Source: Mobula hypostoma (taxonomy: Eukaryota). From it: 64,000 nt of DNA. The stretch's first letter is position 1; the number at the start of each line of letters is the position of its first letter. This document shows positions 13,251 through 24,205 of this stretch, in pieces. The translations under genes were made by a program, and so were the position numbers. The notes beneath the pieces are model-generated. The model was not told where the DNA came from, made no database searches, and was given only the letters and a program-made list of their open reading frames with translations. Location of the stretch: positions 107,758,001-107,822,000 of the forward strand of contig NC_086107.1 in assembly GCF_963921235.1 (NCBI RefSeq). The letters run 5' to 3'.

Positions 13251-13289
13251 CAACCTTAAGGAAGCATAACGATGATATAAATGCAAATA

Positions 13290-13515
13290 ACAGGAATTCT
13301 GCAGATGCTGGAAATTCAAGCAACACACATCAAAGTTGCTGGTGAACACAGCAGGCCAGGCAGCATCTCTAGGAAGAGGAACAGTCGACGTTTCAGGCCG
13401 AGACCCTTCGTCAGGACTAACTGAAGGAAGAGTGAGCCTGAAACGTCGACTGTACCTCTTTCTAGAGATGCTGCCTGGCCTGCTGCGTTCACCAGCAACT
13501 TTGATGTGTGTTGCC
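13290..13515. mobile_element. Penelope-like pLTR fold-back insertion
   Basis: Inverted arms at about 13320-13397 and 13436-13514. Perfect 12-bp TSD TAAATGCAAATA at 13278-13289 and 13516-13527. Confidence 0.85.
13382..13419 (-). ncRNA. Minimal type I hammerhead ribozyme motif, intact core
   Basis: Minus strand reads UAGUC CUGACGA AGG-GUCUCGG-CCU GAAA CGUC^GACUG: stem I AGUC/GACU, conserved core, stem II, palindromic ACGU stem III and a GUC cleavage triplet. Confidence 0.75.
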
Positions 13516-13820
13516 TAAATGCAAATAGTTGTTGTTGACGAACGGTTCTTGCAGAAATGGGGTCATCGGATCATTAATGTATTTTCCTGGACTTACTAAT
13601 TTATTTTAGGAGCCCTCCTTAATTTTCCTTCTGTCGAGATAATGGATAGAATGCTGCCCAAGGGATCAGAGTAGTCGCTGACACACCAGAAGTTAATAGG
13701 TGCAAACTTTCATATTCTGCCACCAGCAGATAAACATAACGTACTTTTAATATAAATTTCAACAGAAAGTAAACGTTCAGTGATTGTAGGCATTTTTAGA
13801 GACAAAACCACGGGCGTATA

Positions 13821-14396
13821 TGTAACACTGTGGTTCCGTTGGCTGTGTAAGTCAAGAGAAGGCACCCTCCAGCTCCACCAAATGGGGGAGATTGAAGTGC
13901 ACGCCCCCCAAATCCCCCTGTTTGTGTGGCTGCTGCGTGATTTGTTACCCTGTCACAAATATGTACCGCAGAATAACAGACAGTACACTGCATACAATTA
14001 AAAGATTTAGCTTTATAATTCTTAATTTGACTAAAGGGTTAGTAAAGAAAAAGCCAAAACAGGAAAGGGCCCATTTTAAATGAAACAGTTTAATGTGCAC
14101 AAGTTGGAGCTCACAGTTTCCCCTTCGCTGATCCTCCCTCGATCTCCCCGGGCTTCATCGAATCCTGGCTCCATTCCGGGTCGTCTCCTCCGACCTCTTC
14201 TCCCCTCTCAAAAGCCCCAAGCCCAACCTTAGTGTCCCTTAACAGAGGAACCTCCCTGAATCCGTTCATCCCAATCGGATGGCACACATTTCTCCCCTGT
14301 CTTATCTTCAACAGTAACCCAAACAAGCAGCTTACACAGAGATCAGAAAAGCATAACAGAGAAAAAAATATGAACCATGTGAACCAGGGCATCAGA
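13821..14396 (-). mobile_element. Possible solo LTR
   Basis: Begins TGTAACA and ends GGGCATCAGA (near-TG..CA ends). No TSD found. Confidence 0.35.
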
Positions 14397-14809
14397 GATG
14401 TTTCATTGTGTGGACAAGTGAAGGTGTCGCAGGAACAGAAAGCACAAGGAGATTATCCTGTTGCATTACTGAGCACCACTGCACTGTTTCTATGATTACT
14501 GTGCACCAGTGCTACTTTACTGGCTGCAAATTTCATCAGAACTGTGTGCCAGAACGTACGACGCACCATTAGTGCATCCTTACACCCACTGTGCTCCGTT
14601 CCCTGCAGGCACATCATTAGTGTGAACCCTACAGTTATTTGTGCAAATACATTCTCAATAAAAGTAATTTTAATAAAAGGACCATTCATTTCAAAGTAAT
14701 TTTAACAAATTGCAGGCCGGTCTAAAACTCAGGCCATTGAGTCTGTGCCAATATAATTTTCCACACTAGAGTCTGGGTCTAATTGCATTCTCCTCCTATT
14801 AACTGCTTC

Positions 14810-15222
14810 CTTTAAATATCCTATAATCTAATCCTGCTCTCTGTTTAATCACTGCACCCCTTTAAATATCGTACAATCTAATCCCACTCTCTGTTTAACC
14901 GCTGCATCCTTTAAATATCCTGCAATCTAATCCCACTCTCTGTTTGATCAATGCATACTTTAAATACCCCACCAATCTAATCCCACTCTCTGTTTAATCT
15001 CTACACCCTTTAAATATCCTACAACCTAATCCTGCTCTCCAGTTAATCAACGCATACTTTAAATACCCCACCAATCTGATCCCACTTTCTGTTTAATCTC
15101 TACACCCTTTAAATATTCTACAATCTAATCCCGGTCTCTCTCTAATCACTGCACCCCTTTAAATATCCCACCAGTCTAATCCCGCTCTCTGTTTAATTGC
15201 TGCACCCTTTAAATATCCCACC
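14810..15222. repeat. About 50-bp minisatellite, about 8.5 diverged copies
   Basis: TTTAAATA(T/C)C..CAATCTAATCCC.CTCTCTGTTTAAT recurs every 49-50 bp. Confidence 0.9.
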
Positions 15223-15833
15223 CGACAAATCCCGTACTCTCCTGATTTCCACAGCCTCTATCAGCGCAGCCAAATTATTCCCTCTCTGTCTTGGCTTCCC
15301 AGTTCCTTTTGCATCCCAGCCTATGTAAACCCATTCCCCTCAGACCTCTTAATAGTCGATATTCATAAGCAACAATCAGAGGATCTAAAAGCGGTGGAGG
15401 AATCTTTTTGGCCCCTGTACTCTGCCAGCTCTTCAGTAGAACTATTCAGTCAACCCCATTCTCTCTATTCTGTTTACATTGTAATACAAATGTTTTGAAG
15501 TTTTGATGTCTTTTAAAATTTAGAATTGCTCATTCTGGGTTTCCTCCTCCTTTCTCTCGTGCAGTTATTCCCAGTCACTTTACCTCCTACCTAAAATGCG
15601 TTTATTCAACCTCTCAGAATTATTGTGGAGCCCAAGAGTATTCTCCTATTACTACTTCACTGCTTGAGGGTTACAATCGCCTGCTACTTACCTTCTCTCA
15701 ATCTTGAGGTTTCACCGCCCTTCCTCCATCACACCTTCCTCTATCCTTCTACAATAAAATGAGTTCCTCGTTAACTGATATCCCTTGCCTGTCTAAACTT
15801 ATTTTTCAACTGTACGGTATCTATTCTATGATA

Positions 15834-16431
15834 TAGTCAGTGCCCACTTTATTCAGTACCCCCCGTACCTAATAAAGTGGCCACTGAGTGGACGTTCATG
15901 ATCTTCTGCTGCTGTAGCCCATCCATTTCAAAGTTTGACATGATGCTTTTCTGCACACCACTGTTGTAACATGTGGTTATTTGGGTTACAGCTTGAACCA
16001 GTCTGGCCATGCTCCTCTGACCTCTCTCGTTTTCAAGGCATTTTTGCTCACTGGATGTTTTTTGATTTGTGCACCATTCTCTGTAAACTCTAGAGCAGGG
16101 GTTCCCAACCTTTTTAATGCCATGGACCAATACCATTAACCAAGGGTTCCATGGACCCCAGATTGGTAACCCCTGCTCTAGAGACTGTTGTGTGTAAAAA
16201 TCCCGGGAGATCAGCAGTTTTTGAGATACTCAGACCACCCCATCTGGCACCAATATTCCACAGTCAAAGTCACTTAGATTGCATTTCTTCCCCGTCTGAT
16301 GTTTGGTCTGAACTGAATCTCATGACCATGTCTGCATGCTTTTATGTATTGAGTTGCTGCCACGTGATTGTCTGATTAGAAATTTGATTAGATAGGTGCA
16401 CAGGTGTACCTACTTAAGTGGCCACCGAGTG
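15834..16431 (-). mobile_element. Non-autonomous Tc1/mariner element
   Basis: Terminal inverted repeats similar to CACTCAGTGGCCACTTTATTAGGTAC, with TA flanks at 15832-33 and 16432-33. Transposase remnant SRVYREW. Confidence 0.85.
16096..16175. mobile_element. 80-bp hAT (Charlie-type) MITE nested in the Tc1 element
   Basis: Terminal inverted repeats CAGGGGTTCCCAA / TTGGTAACCCCTG. 8-bp TSD CTCTAGAG at 16088-16095 and 16176-16183. Confidence 0.9.
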
Positions 16432-16511
16432 TAAATAAGTGATTTTGATTTATACAATCCCAAAGATGTACCAGTTAGTAAGTTAATCAGTCATTGTGAA
16501 TTGTCCTGTTC

Positions 16512-16850
16512 CACACCATCAGAGGGTCAGTACTGAGGGAGTGTCACACTGTCAGAGGGACAGTACTGAGGGAGTGTCTCACTATCAGAGGGACAGTACT
16601 GAGGGAGTGTCTCACTGTCAGAGGGACTGTATTGAGGGAGTGTCACACTGTCAGAGGGACAGTACTGAGGGAGTGTCTCACTGTCAGAGGGACAGTACTG
16701 AGGTAGTGCCTCACTTTCAGAGGGACAGTACTGAGGGAGTGTCACATTGTCTGAGGGACAGTACTGAGGGAGTGTCTCACTGTCAGAGGGATAGTACTGA
16801 GGGAATGCCTCACTGTTGGAGAGACGGTACTGAGGTAGAACTGCACCATC
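16512..16850. repeat. 33-bp minisatellite, about 10 copies
   Basis: Unit CAGTACTGAGGGAGTGTCWCACTGTCAGAGGGA starting at 16528, 16561, 16594 and onward. Confidence 0.95.
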
Positions 16851-19654
16851 AAACTCACACACATGGCAGAGAGAGTTTTCTTCCTTCTCCCATCTGCGTG
16901 AGATCATGGAACTTTCGAGAGACTTTGAAATATTTTTTACCGTGCCCATGGCCTGTTCTTCATCAAGTTACGGTATTGCTTGCACTGTTGTAACTATATG
17001 TTATAATTATATGGTTTTTGTCAGTTTTTCAGTCTTGGTCTGTCTTGTGTTTCTGTGATATCACACCGGAGGAACATTGTATCATTTCTTAATGCATGCA
17101 TTACTAAACGACAATAAAAGTGGACTGTGTGTCCTCATAATCTAATCTAATCTAATACCCTTCTAAGCCTTTCCTATCCATGTACACGTCCAAATGAATT
17201 TTGAAAGTTCTTATTGTACCTGCCTCAACCACTTCCTCTGGTAGCTCAAAGTTCAAAGTATATTTATTAAAAACTATGTATACATTATACAATCTTGATA
17301 TTCGTTTCCCTGCAGGCAGCCACAAAACCAAGAAACCCCAAAAGAACCTATTTGAAAAAAAAAGACCGTCAAACACCCAATGCGCAGACAGAAAAAAAAA
17401 TCATGCAAGCGATAAAAGTAAGCAAATAGCACTCAGAACTGAAGTTTTATGAAAGACGGAAAGGCAGGAATCACTACGACTGAAGCAGGCCACAGCCTCA
17501 GTTCAGTGCAGAGCTGAGTAAGTGTCGTGGGGCTGCGAGCAGAACCGGCCCATCTCTCATCTTCGGTCCTGCCACCCTGACCTTTTCAATCCGGCCTGGC
17601 GCTTTAGTCACCCAAACATCTGGCCATTCCTCACTCTTGGACTGCTCTGGCGCTTGGATCCTATTGCCACAATTCAGCCCATATCCGACCATTCCAATTC
17701 AGCTGGACCTTCCTCGATCCAACCTCTGCCATGCCTTATCTTCACCTCCACTCGCCTAGCCTTGCCTCTGATGGTGATCGTTATTAATAAAGCACTATTA
17801 ATTCACTCATTCCGCACATTTTATTTAATAAAGTTGTCCCTCAGGTTCCTATTTTTATCTCTTCCCCTCGCACCTTACACCAAAATCTTCTTGTTCTTGA
17901 TTTCCCAACCCAGGGATAAGGACTGACTGAGTTCACCCTGGCAGGATTTTAGCAGTGTGGAGGAACAGAGGGATCTTGCGGCCCCACGTTCACAGATCCC
18001 TCAACGTTGCTGTGCATGCTGTTAGGGGTGTTGAGAAGGCATGAGATATGTTGCCTTTCATTTGCTGGGGATTTGAGTCCAAGAGCCACGGGACAGTGTT
18101 GCAGCTCTGTAAATTTTAGACCAACACACCACAGTGAATTTCTATTGCATGTAAACACATAGGGCAAATAAAGCTGATCCTTGAATATTGTGTCCAGTTC
18201 CGGTCACCTCATCATAGGAAGGATGTGGGAGGTATAGGGAAGGTGGAGGGAAGATCTACCAGAATCTGTACTGTGCTGTAATATGCTACGTTAGCTACCT
18301 TTCGTAATTTTACAAGCCTCTCTAACAGGGTTTTCCAACCTGGGGAGCCTTGGTAGGGGGCCATGCCATAAAAAAGGTCGGGAACACCTTGCTCTGTAAG
18401 ATTGTTTCTCGGTCTCCTACACGCCAGGGATTGAAGTCCTAGGCTGTTCAACCACTTCCTTTAACTCAGGTGAAGGGTTTTTGGATATTGTTATAAAAAG
18501 ATCACCAGACAGGTTATTGAGTGACAGATCAGGCAAGAGGGGGAGATTAGCTATTGCCTTCTTATTTTTCTTCTTAAACCCCTCTCTCCTGACCACCTCT
18601 GCCAGTGCCTCTGGGGGCAGCTTCTCCATTTTCAGGATGAAGTTATTACCCGTCACCCTGAAAATGGAGTCGTTATGGCGATGGCCCTGAGCCTTGTTCT
18701 TCATACCAATGGAAACGTCTCCACACCAATTGTACGGTCACTTACCGTATGGTATTGAAGTGTTCCTGCAACTAATGATCTCACTTTATCTCATGTTCTC
18801 ACTATTTATTGCTATTTATTTACATTAGCACAGTTTGTTGTCTTCTGCACTCTGGCTGATCTTTCACTGATCCTGTTATACTGACTATTCTTTAGATTTG
18901 ATGAGTATGCCCACAAGAAAATGAATCTCAGGATCGTATATGGTGACATATATGTACTTTAATAATAAAGTTTACTTTGACTTTGGTATTGCATTGTCAT
19001 CTTCACCCACCTGAACACTGAACGGATCACTCAGCACAACCTGTGGATTCACTTCCAAGGATTATATAACTCATGTTCTCTGTATGTACGTATATGTTTA
19101 TTTATTTATCTATTTATTCATTTTTTAATTTTGTATTTTCTCAGTTTGTCTTCTTTTGCACATTAGTTGCTTGTCAGTCTTTGCGTTTTTCAATGATTCA
19201 CTCATATTGCTTTGTTCTACTGTGAATGCCTGCAAGAAAAAGAACCTCAGGGTCATATCTGGTGACGGCAGATTTAATACTTTGAACTTTGAACTCATTA
19301 TAACACACCTTTTTTTTTATCCTTCTAAAGACCTCTACTGGGTCAACTCATGGGTTTCTTTTACCAAAGGAACCCCAAACTCTTCCACCATTTCCAACTG
19401 GCAGTGACGATAACAGTTCAGGTGTCGTCCCAGAAACAGCTCGTCAGAACTACAAGTCTCTTGTTCTTCACCCTTTTATTCCTCAAACAGTTAAATCAAA
19501 ACATACGCACAAATCAGCACATATGAGCCCTGAAGAAGAGGCAGCCCTTGGTCCGTGTGACAGCAGCCCTCTCACTGAACTCTCCCTCGCGGACGTGGGC
19601 TGTAAGTGATATTTTCATTTGATAAAGGCTGCCTCTGGTATCAGTGTAAGGTGG

Positions 19655-19850
19655 AACAATGGCTGGTTTTATGGTGACTGTGCGCTGATATCCCTGAGAA
19701 GGCCCTGGAGCCAACTTCTCGCTCCCTCTCTCCCTCTCTCTCTCCGAGAGGAAATTGGGCGTTGCCATGGTAACCGGTTTAAGGCCTCCTGAGCACAATG
19801 CGCTGCCTGTGACAGGCGGGGGGGGGGAAGAAGTGATAAACAAAAGAGGA
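19655..19850. promoter_or_regulatory. Candidate enhancer with an RFX X-box and SOX motifs
   Basis: GTTGCCATGGTAAC at 19761-19774, AACAATGG at 19655-19662, CACAATG at 19794-19800, AACAAAAG at about 19839-19846. Unique, CpG-retaining sequence. Confidence 0.4.
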
Positions 19851-20293
19851 GAGGAAGCCGGCCAGGAATGGATTGCTGAGGCGATGTCGTGTTTGGAGCT
19901 TAAAAAGTTTCTCATCAATCGCCACAGAGCACGGAAGGAGGCCATTCGGCCCGATATGTATGTGCTAGCCTTTGAGAGTAGCTTTACAATTATGACACCA
20001 CTTACTTCTTTTCCCCAGATCTATGGAAGCATGTTCCCTTTCCAAATAGACGTTAAATTCTCTTTTTAAGTTCCCTTTTGAATCGGCTCTCATCACCCTT
20101 TAGGTGGCCACACGCTACAACACAACAGCCCCTGTGAAAGGTATGATTTTGGTTGAAGAACTACGTTCATGTAGATGGTAAGATATTAAATGGAGGGGAT
20201 GAGAAATGAAGATAATCTATGTACATTACATGGAGGATAGAATTTTCAATTGAATGTCTGGTCCATTCCAGAGACAGAACCTGAATAGCAGGA

Positions 20294-20428
20294 AACAACA
20301 GGAATTCTGCAGATGCTGGAAATTCAAGCAACACACATAAAAGTTGCTGGTGAATGCAGCAGGCCAGGCAGCATCTGTAGGAAGAGGTGCAGTCGATGTT
20401 TCAGGCCGAGACCCTTTGTCAGGACTCT
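20294..20428 (-). mobile_element. Penelope-like pLTR fragment with decayed hammerhead
   Basis: Same family as 13290. TSD ATAGCAGGA at 20285-20293 and 20429-20437. Confidence 0.8.
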
Positions 20429-20834
20429 ATAGCAGGAGTTAGTCAAGGATTTTGCCAGGTATTCTTGACGCACTCCATGGCCACATTACTTCTAGAGGTT
20501 TGCAAATCAAGAACGAGGCGTTAAAACTTGCTTCTTTATAAGCAATCCTACACGCTCATTCAATGAGAAGTAATGCTGTCTTGTCTTGAGACTGGAGATC
20601 ACCATTTTCTTGTGGTCTTGACAGTACCTTCAGCTTCATACTAACATCAAATCAAATCACCTTACAAAACACAGTCAGGGAAACGGCCAAAACAGTATTG
20701 GACTGATTTGCATCCAGGAACTGTGCTCAGATATAACCTGTGTGTTTCTTGGCAGGTCCATTCCCAATAAAGGATGAGTATCCAGCACGTAAAGGCACAA
20801 TCCCCATGACAAGCAGACATCTACAACTCTCTGG

Positions 20835-21148
20835 GATGAAAGCGAGAGAGAAAGGGAGAAAGGAGGAAAGAGAGAGAAAGAGTGAGAGAAAAAGAGGAAA
20901 ACAGAAAGCAAGAGAAAGGGAGAGGGGAAGGAGAAAGAGTGAAGAAAAGGTGAGTGTGTATGAGGGAGAGAGGAGGAGAGAGGTTGGGGAGGCAGGGGAG
21001 ATTGGAAGATAGAAAGAGAGAGGAGGGGGAGATAGATGGGGGGAGAGAGAGTGAGAGAGAGAAAGAGGGGACAGTGATGGGGAAGTAGGAGAGATTGATA
21101 GAAGAGGGAGGGGAAAAAGCGAGAGAGAGATCCCAAACAGAGGAGAAA
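20835..21148. repeat. Polypurine (GA-rich) low-complexity tract
   Basis: About 310 bp almost entirely A/G on the plus strand. Confidence 0.9.
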
Positions 21149-21455
21149 CATAGAAACATAGAAAATAGGTGCAGGAGTAGGCCATTCAGCCCTTCGAGCC
21201 TGCACCACCATTCAGTGCGATCATGGTTGATCATCCAACTCAGAACCCTGTACCTGCCTTCTCTCCATACCCCCTGATCCCTTTAGCCACAAGGGCCATA
21301 TCTAACTCCCTCTTAAATATAGCCAATGAACTGGCCTCAACTGTTTCCTGTGGCAGAGAATTCCACAGATTCACCACTCTCTGTGTGAAGAAGTTTTTCC
21401 TCATCTCGGTCCTAAAAGGCTTCCCCTTTATCCTTAAACTGTGACCCCTCGTTCG
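21145..21455 (-). mobile_element. CR1 3' end with (TAGAAACA)n tail; near-identical copy at 28572-28838
   Basis: RTRGHSLRIKGKPFRTEMRKNFFTQRVVNLWNSLP. Confidence 0.85.
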
Positions 21456-21804
21456 AAAGACTGCCAATACAATATGTTAGGGTGTACTACTGCCCAACAC
21501 CTTCACCAAGTGGGTTATTTTGCCCGCTAATGACACTGGAACAAAATGGGAAAGGCACCAGCATTCTGACAAAAACTTTTCCTGTTTGTAGTTTTGTTGT
21601 TATAAAAGATATTGAATAAACGATATTGACAGCAGGCTGTCAGCTGCTGGTTCTTTCGCAGGCCCTGTGATACCTCACTTCTGCAGTTTGATAATGAAAT
21701 GCTCTCAGCCCTGCCACCCACTGTATGAAAATGTCAGCAGCCAAATGCTGGAGAAAGCACTCCCAGTTAGTTTTAGGACACTCTGTGGACTTTGGAAGGT
21801 GTTA

Positions 21805-22216
21805 ATAGACAATAGACAACAGGTGTAGGAGTAGGCCATTCGGCCCTTTGAGCCAGCACCGCCATTCACTGTGATCATGGCTGATCATCCACAATCAGTA
21901 TCCAGTTCCTGCCTTATCCCCATAACCTTTGATTCCGCTATCTTTAAGAGCTCTATCCATCTCTTTCTTGAAAGCTTCCAGAGACTTGGCCTCCACAGCC
22001 TTCTGGGGCAGAACATTCCACATATCCACCACTCTCTAGGTGAAAAAGTTTTTCCTCAACTCCGTTCTAAATGGCCTACCCCTTATTCTTAAACTGTGGC
22101 CTCTGGTTCTGGACTCACCCATCAGCAGGAACATGCTTCCTGCCTCCAGCGTGCCCAATCCCTTAATAATCTTATATATTTCAATCAGATCCCCTCTCAG
22201 CTTTCTAAATTCCAGT
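21805..22216 (-). mobile_element. CR1 3' fragment
   Basis: Reverse complement of about 23168-23583. LEFRKLRGDLIE..RTRGHSLRI. Confidence 0.9.
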
Positions 22217-22350
22217 GTTGAACAGCACACGGCGAGTTGGGAAGCTTCTCACTTGGGTCTCCCAATATCAGCAGTGTTTCCATTTACACGATGATAATAG
22301 CAAGAGAGTGATATGCTCCAGGTTATACTCAGACTGTATATGATGCAACT

Positions 22351-23583
22351 ATGAAAATGGACAAGGGAGAGCCAGTGGATGTAGTGTACCTGGACTTTCA
22401 GAAAGCCTTTGATGAAGTCCCACATAGGAGATTGGTGGGCAAAATTAGGGCACACGGTATTGGGGGCAGAGTACTGATATGGATTGAAAATTGGCTGGCT
22501 GACAGAAAACAAAGAGTAGTGATTAACGGGTCCCTTTCGGAATGGCAGGCGGTGACCAGTGGCGTACCACAGGGTTCAGTGCTGGGACCGCAGCTGTTTA
22601 CAATATATGTTAATGATTTAGATGAGGGAATTAAAAGTAACATCAGCAAATTTGCCAATGACACAAAGCTGGGAGGCAGTGTGAAATGTGAGGAGGATGT
22701 TATGAGAATGCAGGGTGACTTGGACAGGCTGGGAGAGTGGGCAGATGCATGGCAGATGCAGTTTAATGTGGATAAATGTGAGGTTATCCACTTTGGTGGT
22801 AAGAACGGGAAAGCAGATTATTATCTAAATGGAGTCAAGTTAGGAAAAGGGGAAGCACAACGAGAGCTAGGTGTTCTTGTACATCAGTCACTGGAAGCAA
22901 GCATGCAAGTACAGCAGGCAGTGAAGAAAGCTAATGGCATGCTGGCCTTCATAACAAGGGGAATTGAGTATAAGAGCAAAGAGGTCCTTCTGCAGCTGTA
23001 CAGGGCCCTGGTGAGACCACACCTGGAGTACTGTGTGCAGTTTTGGTCTCCAAATTTGAGGAAGGACATTCTTGCTATCGAGGGAGTGCAGCGTAGGTTC
23101 ACAAGGTTAATTCCTGGGATGGCGGGACTGTCATATGTCGAAAGATTGGAGCAACTGGGCTTGTATACTCTGGAATTTAGAAGGCTGAGAGGGGATCTGA
23201 TTGAAACATATAAGATTATTAAGGGATTGGACACGCTGCAGGCAGGAAGCTTGTTCCCGCTGATTGGTGAGTCCAGAACCAGAGGCCACAGTTTAAGAAT
23301 TAGGAGTAGGCCATTTACAACGGAGTTGAGGAAAAACTTTTTCACCCAGGGAGTGGTGGATGTATGGAATGCTCTGCCCCAGAAGGCTGTGGAGGCCAAG
23401 TCTCTGGATGCTTTCAAGAAAGAGATGGATAGAGCTCTTAAAGATAGCGGAATTAAAGGTTATGGGGATAAGGCGGGAACTGGATACTGATAGTGGATGA
23501 TCAGCCATGATCACAGTGAATGGCGGTGCTGGCTCGAAGGGCCGAATGGCCTACTCCTGCACCTATTGTCTATTGTCTATTGA
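22351..23583 (+). mobile_element. 5'-truncated CR1 LINE with an open 379-aa RT/C-terminal frame
   Basis: YLDFQKAFD, GVPQGSVLGP, SKFANDTKL (FADD motif altered to FAND), RPHLEYCVQFWSP. 3' UTR and (TATTGTC)n tail. Confidence 0.93.
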
Positions 23584-23638
23584 CTGCACTATGATAATTG
23601 TAGGTTGTACCTATGAGTTCCAAAAAGTGAGAAAGTTA

Positions 23639-24205
23639 TACTCAGTGGTCACTTTATTAGGTACACCTACTCGTTAATGCAAATATCCAATCAGCTGATC
23701 ATGTGGCAGCAACAAAATGTACAAGACATGTAGACATACTCATGAGGTTCAGTTGTTGCTCAGATCAAACATCAGAATGGGGATGAAATGTGATCCAAGT
23801 GACTTTGACCGCGGAATGATTTTTGGCGTCTCTCGGGGTGGTTCGAGTATCTCAGAAACTATTGATCTCCTGGGATTTTTACGCACACTAGTCTCTAGGG
23901 TTTACAGAAGATGAAATTAAAAAAAAACAGAAACATCCAGTGAGCCGCAGTTCTGGGGGTGAAAACGCCTTGTTAATGAGAGAGGTCAGAGGAGAATGGC
24001 CAGACTGGTTCAAATTGACAGGAAGGCGACAGCAACTTAAATAACCACGTGTTACAACAGTGGCGTGCGGAAGAGATGTCTGAATGCACAACATATCGAA
24101 CCTTGAAGTGGTTGGGCTACAGCAGCAGAAGACCATGAACACACACTCAGTGGCCACTTTATTAAGTACAGGAGATCCATACAGTAATAAAGTGGCCAGT
24201 GAGTG
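23639..24205 (+). mobile_element. Non-autonomous Tc1/mariner element with transposase HTH remnant
   Basis: Terminal inverted repeats with TA flanks. MGMKCDPSDFDRGMIFG..SISETIDLLGF..VSRVYR. Confidence 0.85.

Noticed and set aside
16496..16993. 165-aa and 140-aa repeat-protein ORFs
   Set aside because: By-products of a 33-bp minisatellite; no splice or homology support.
20675..21234. Long Leu/Ser/Pro- or Arg/Glu-rich ORFs
   Set aside because: Translations of the GA/CT low-complexity tract.
22351..23490. 379-aa ORF as a host gene or active reverse transcriptase
   Set aside because: It is a 5'-truncated CR1 with no endonuclease or ORF1 and an altered catalytic motif (FAND).
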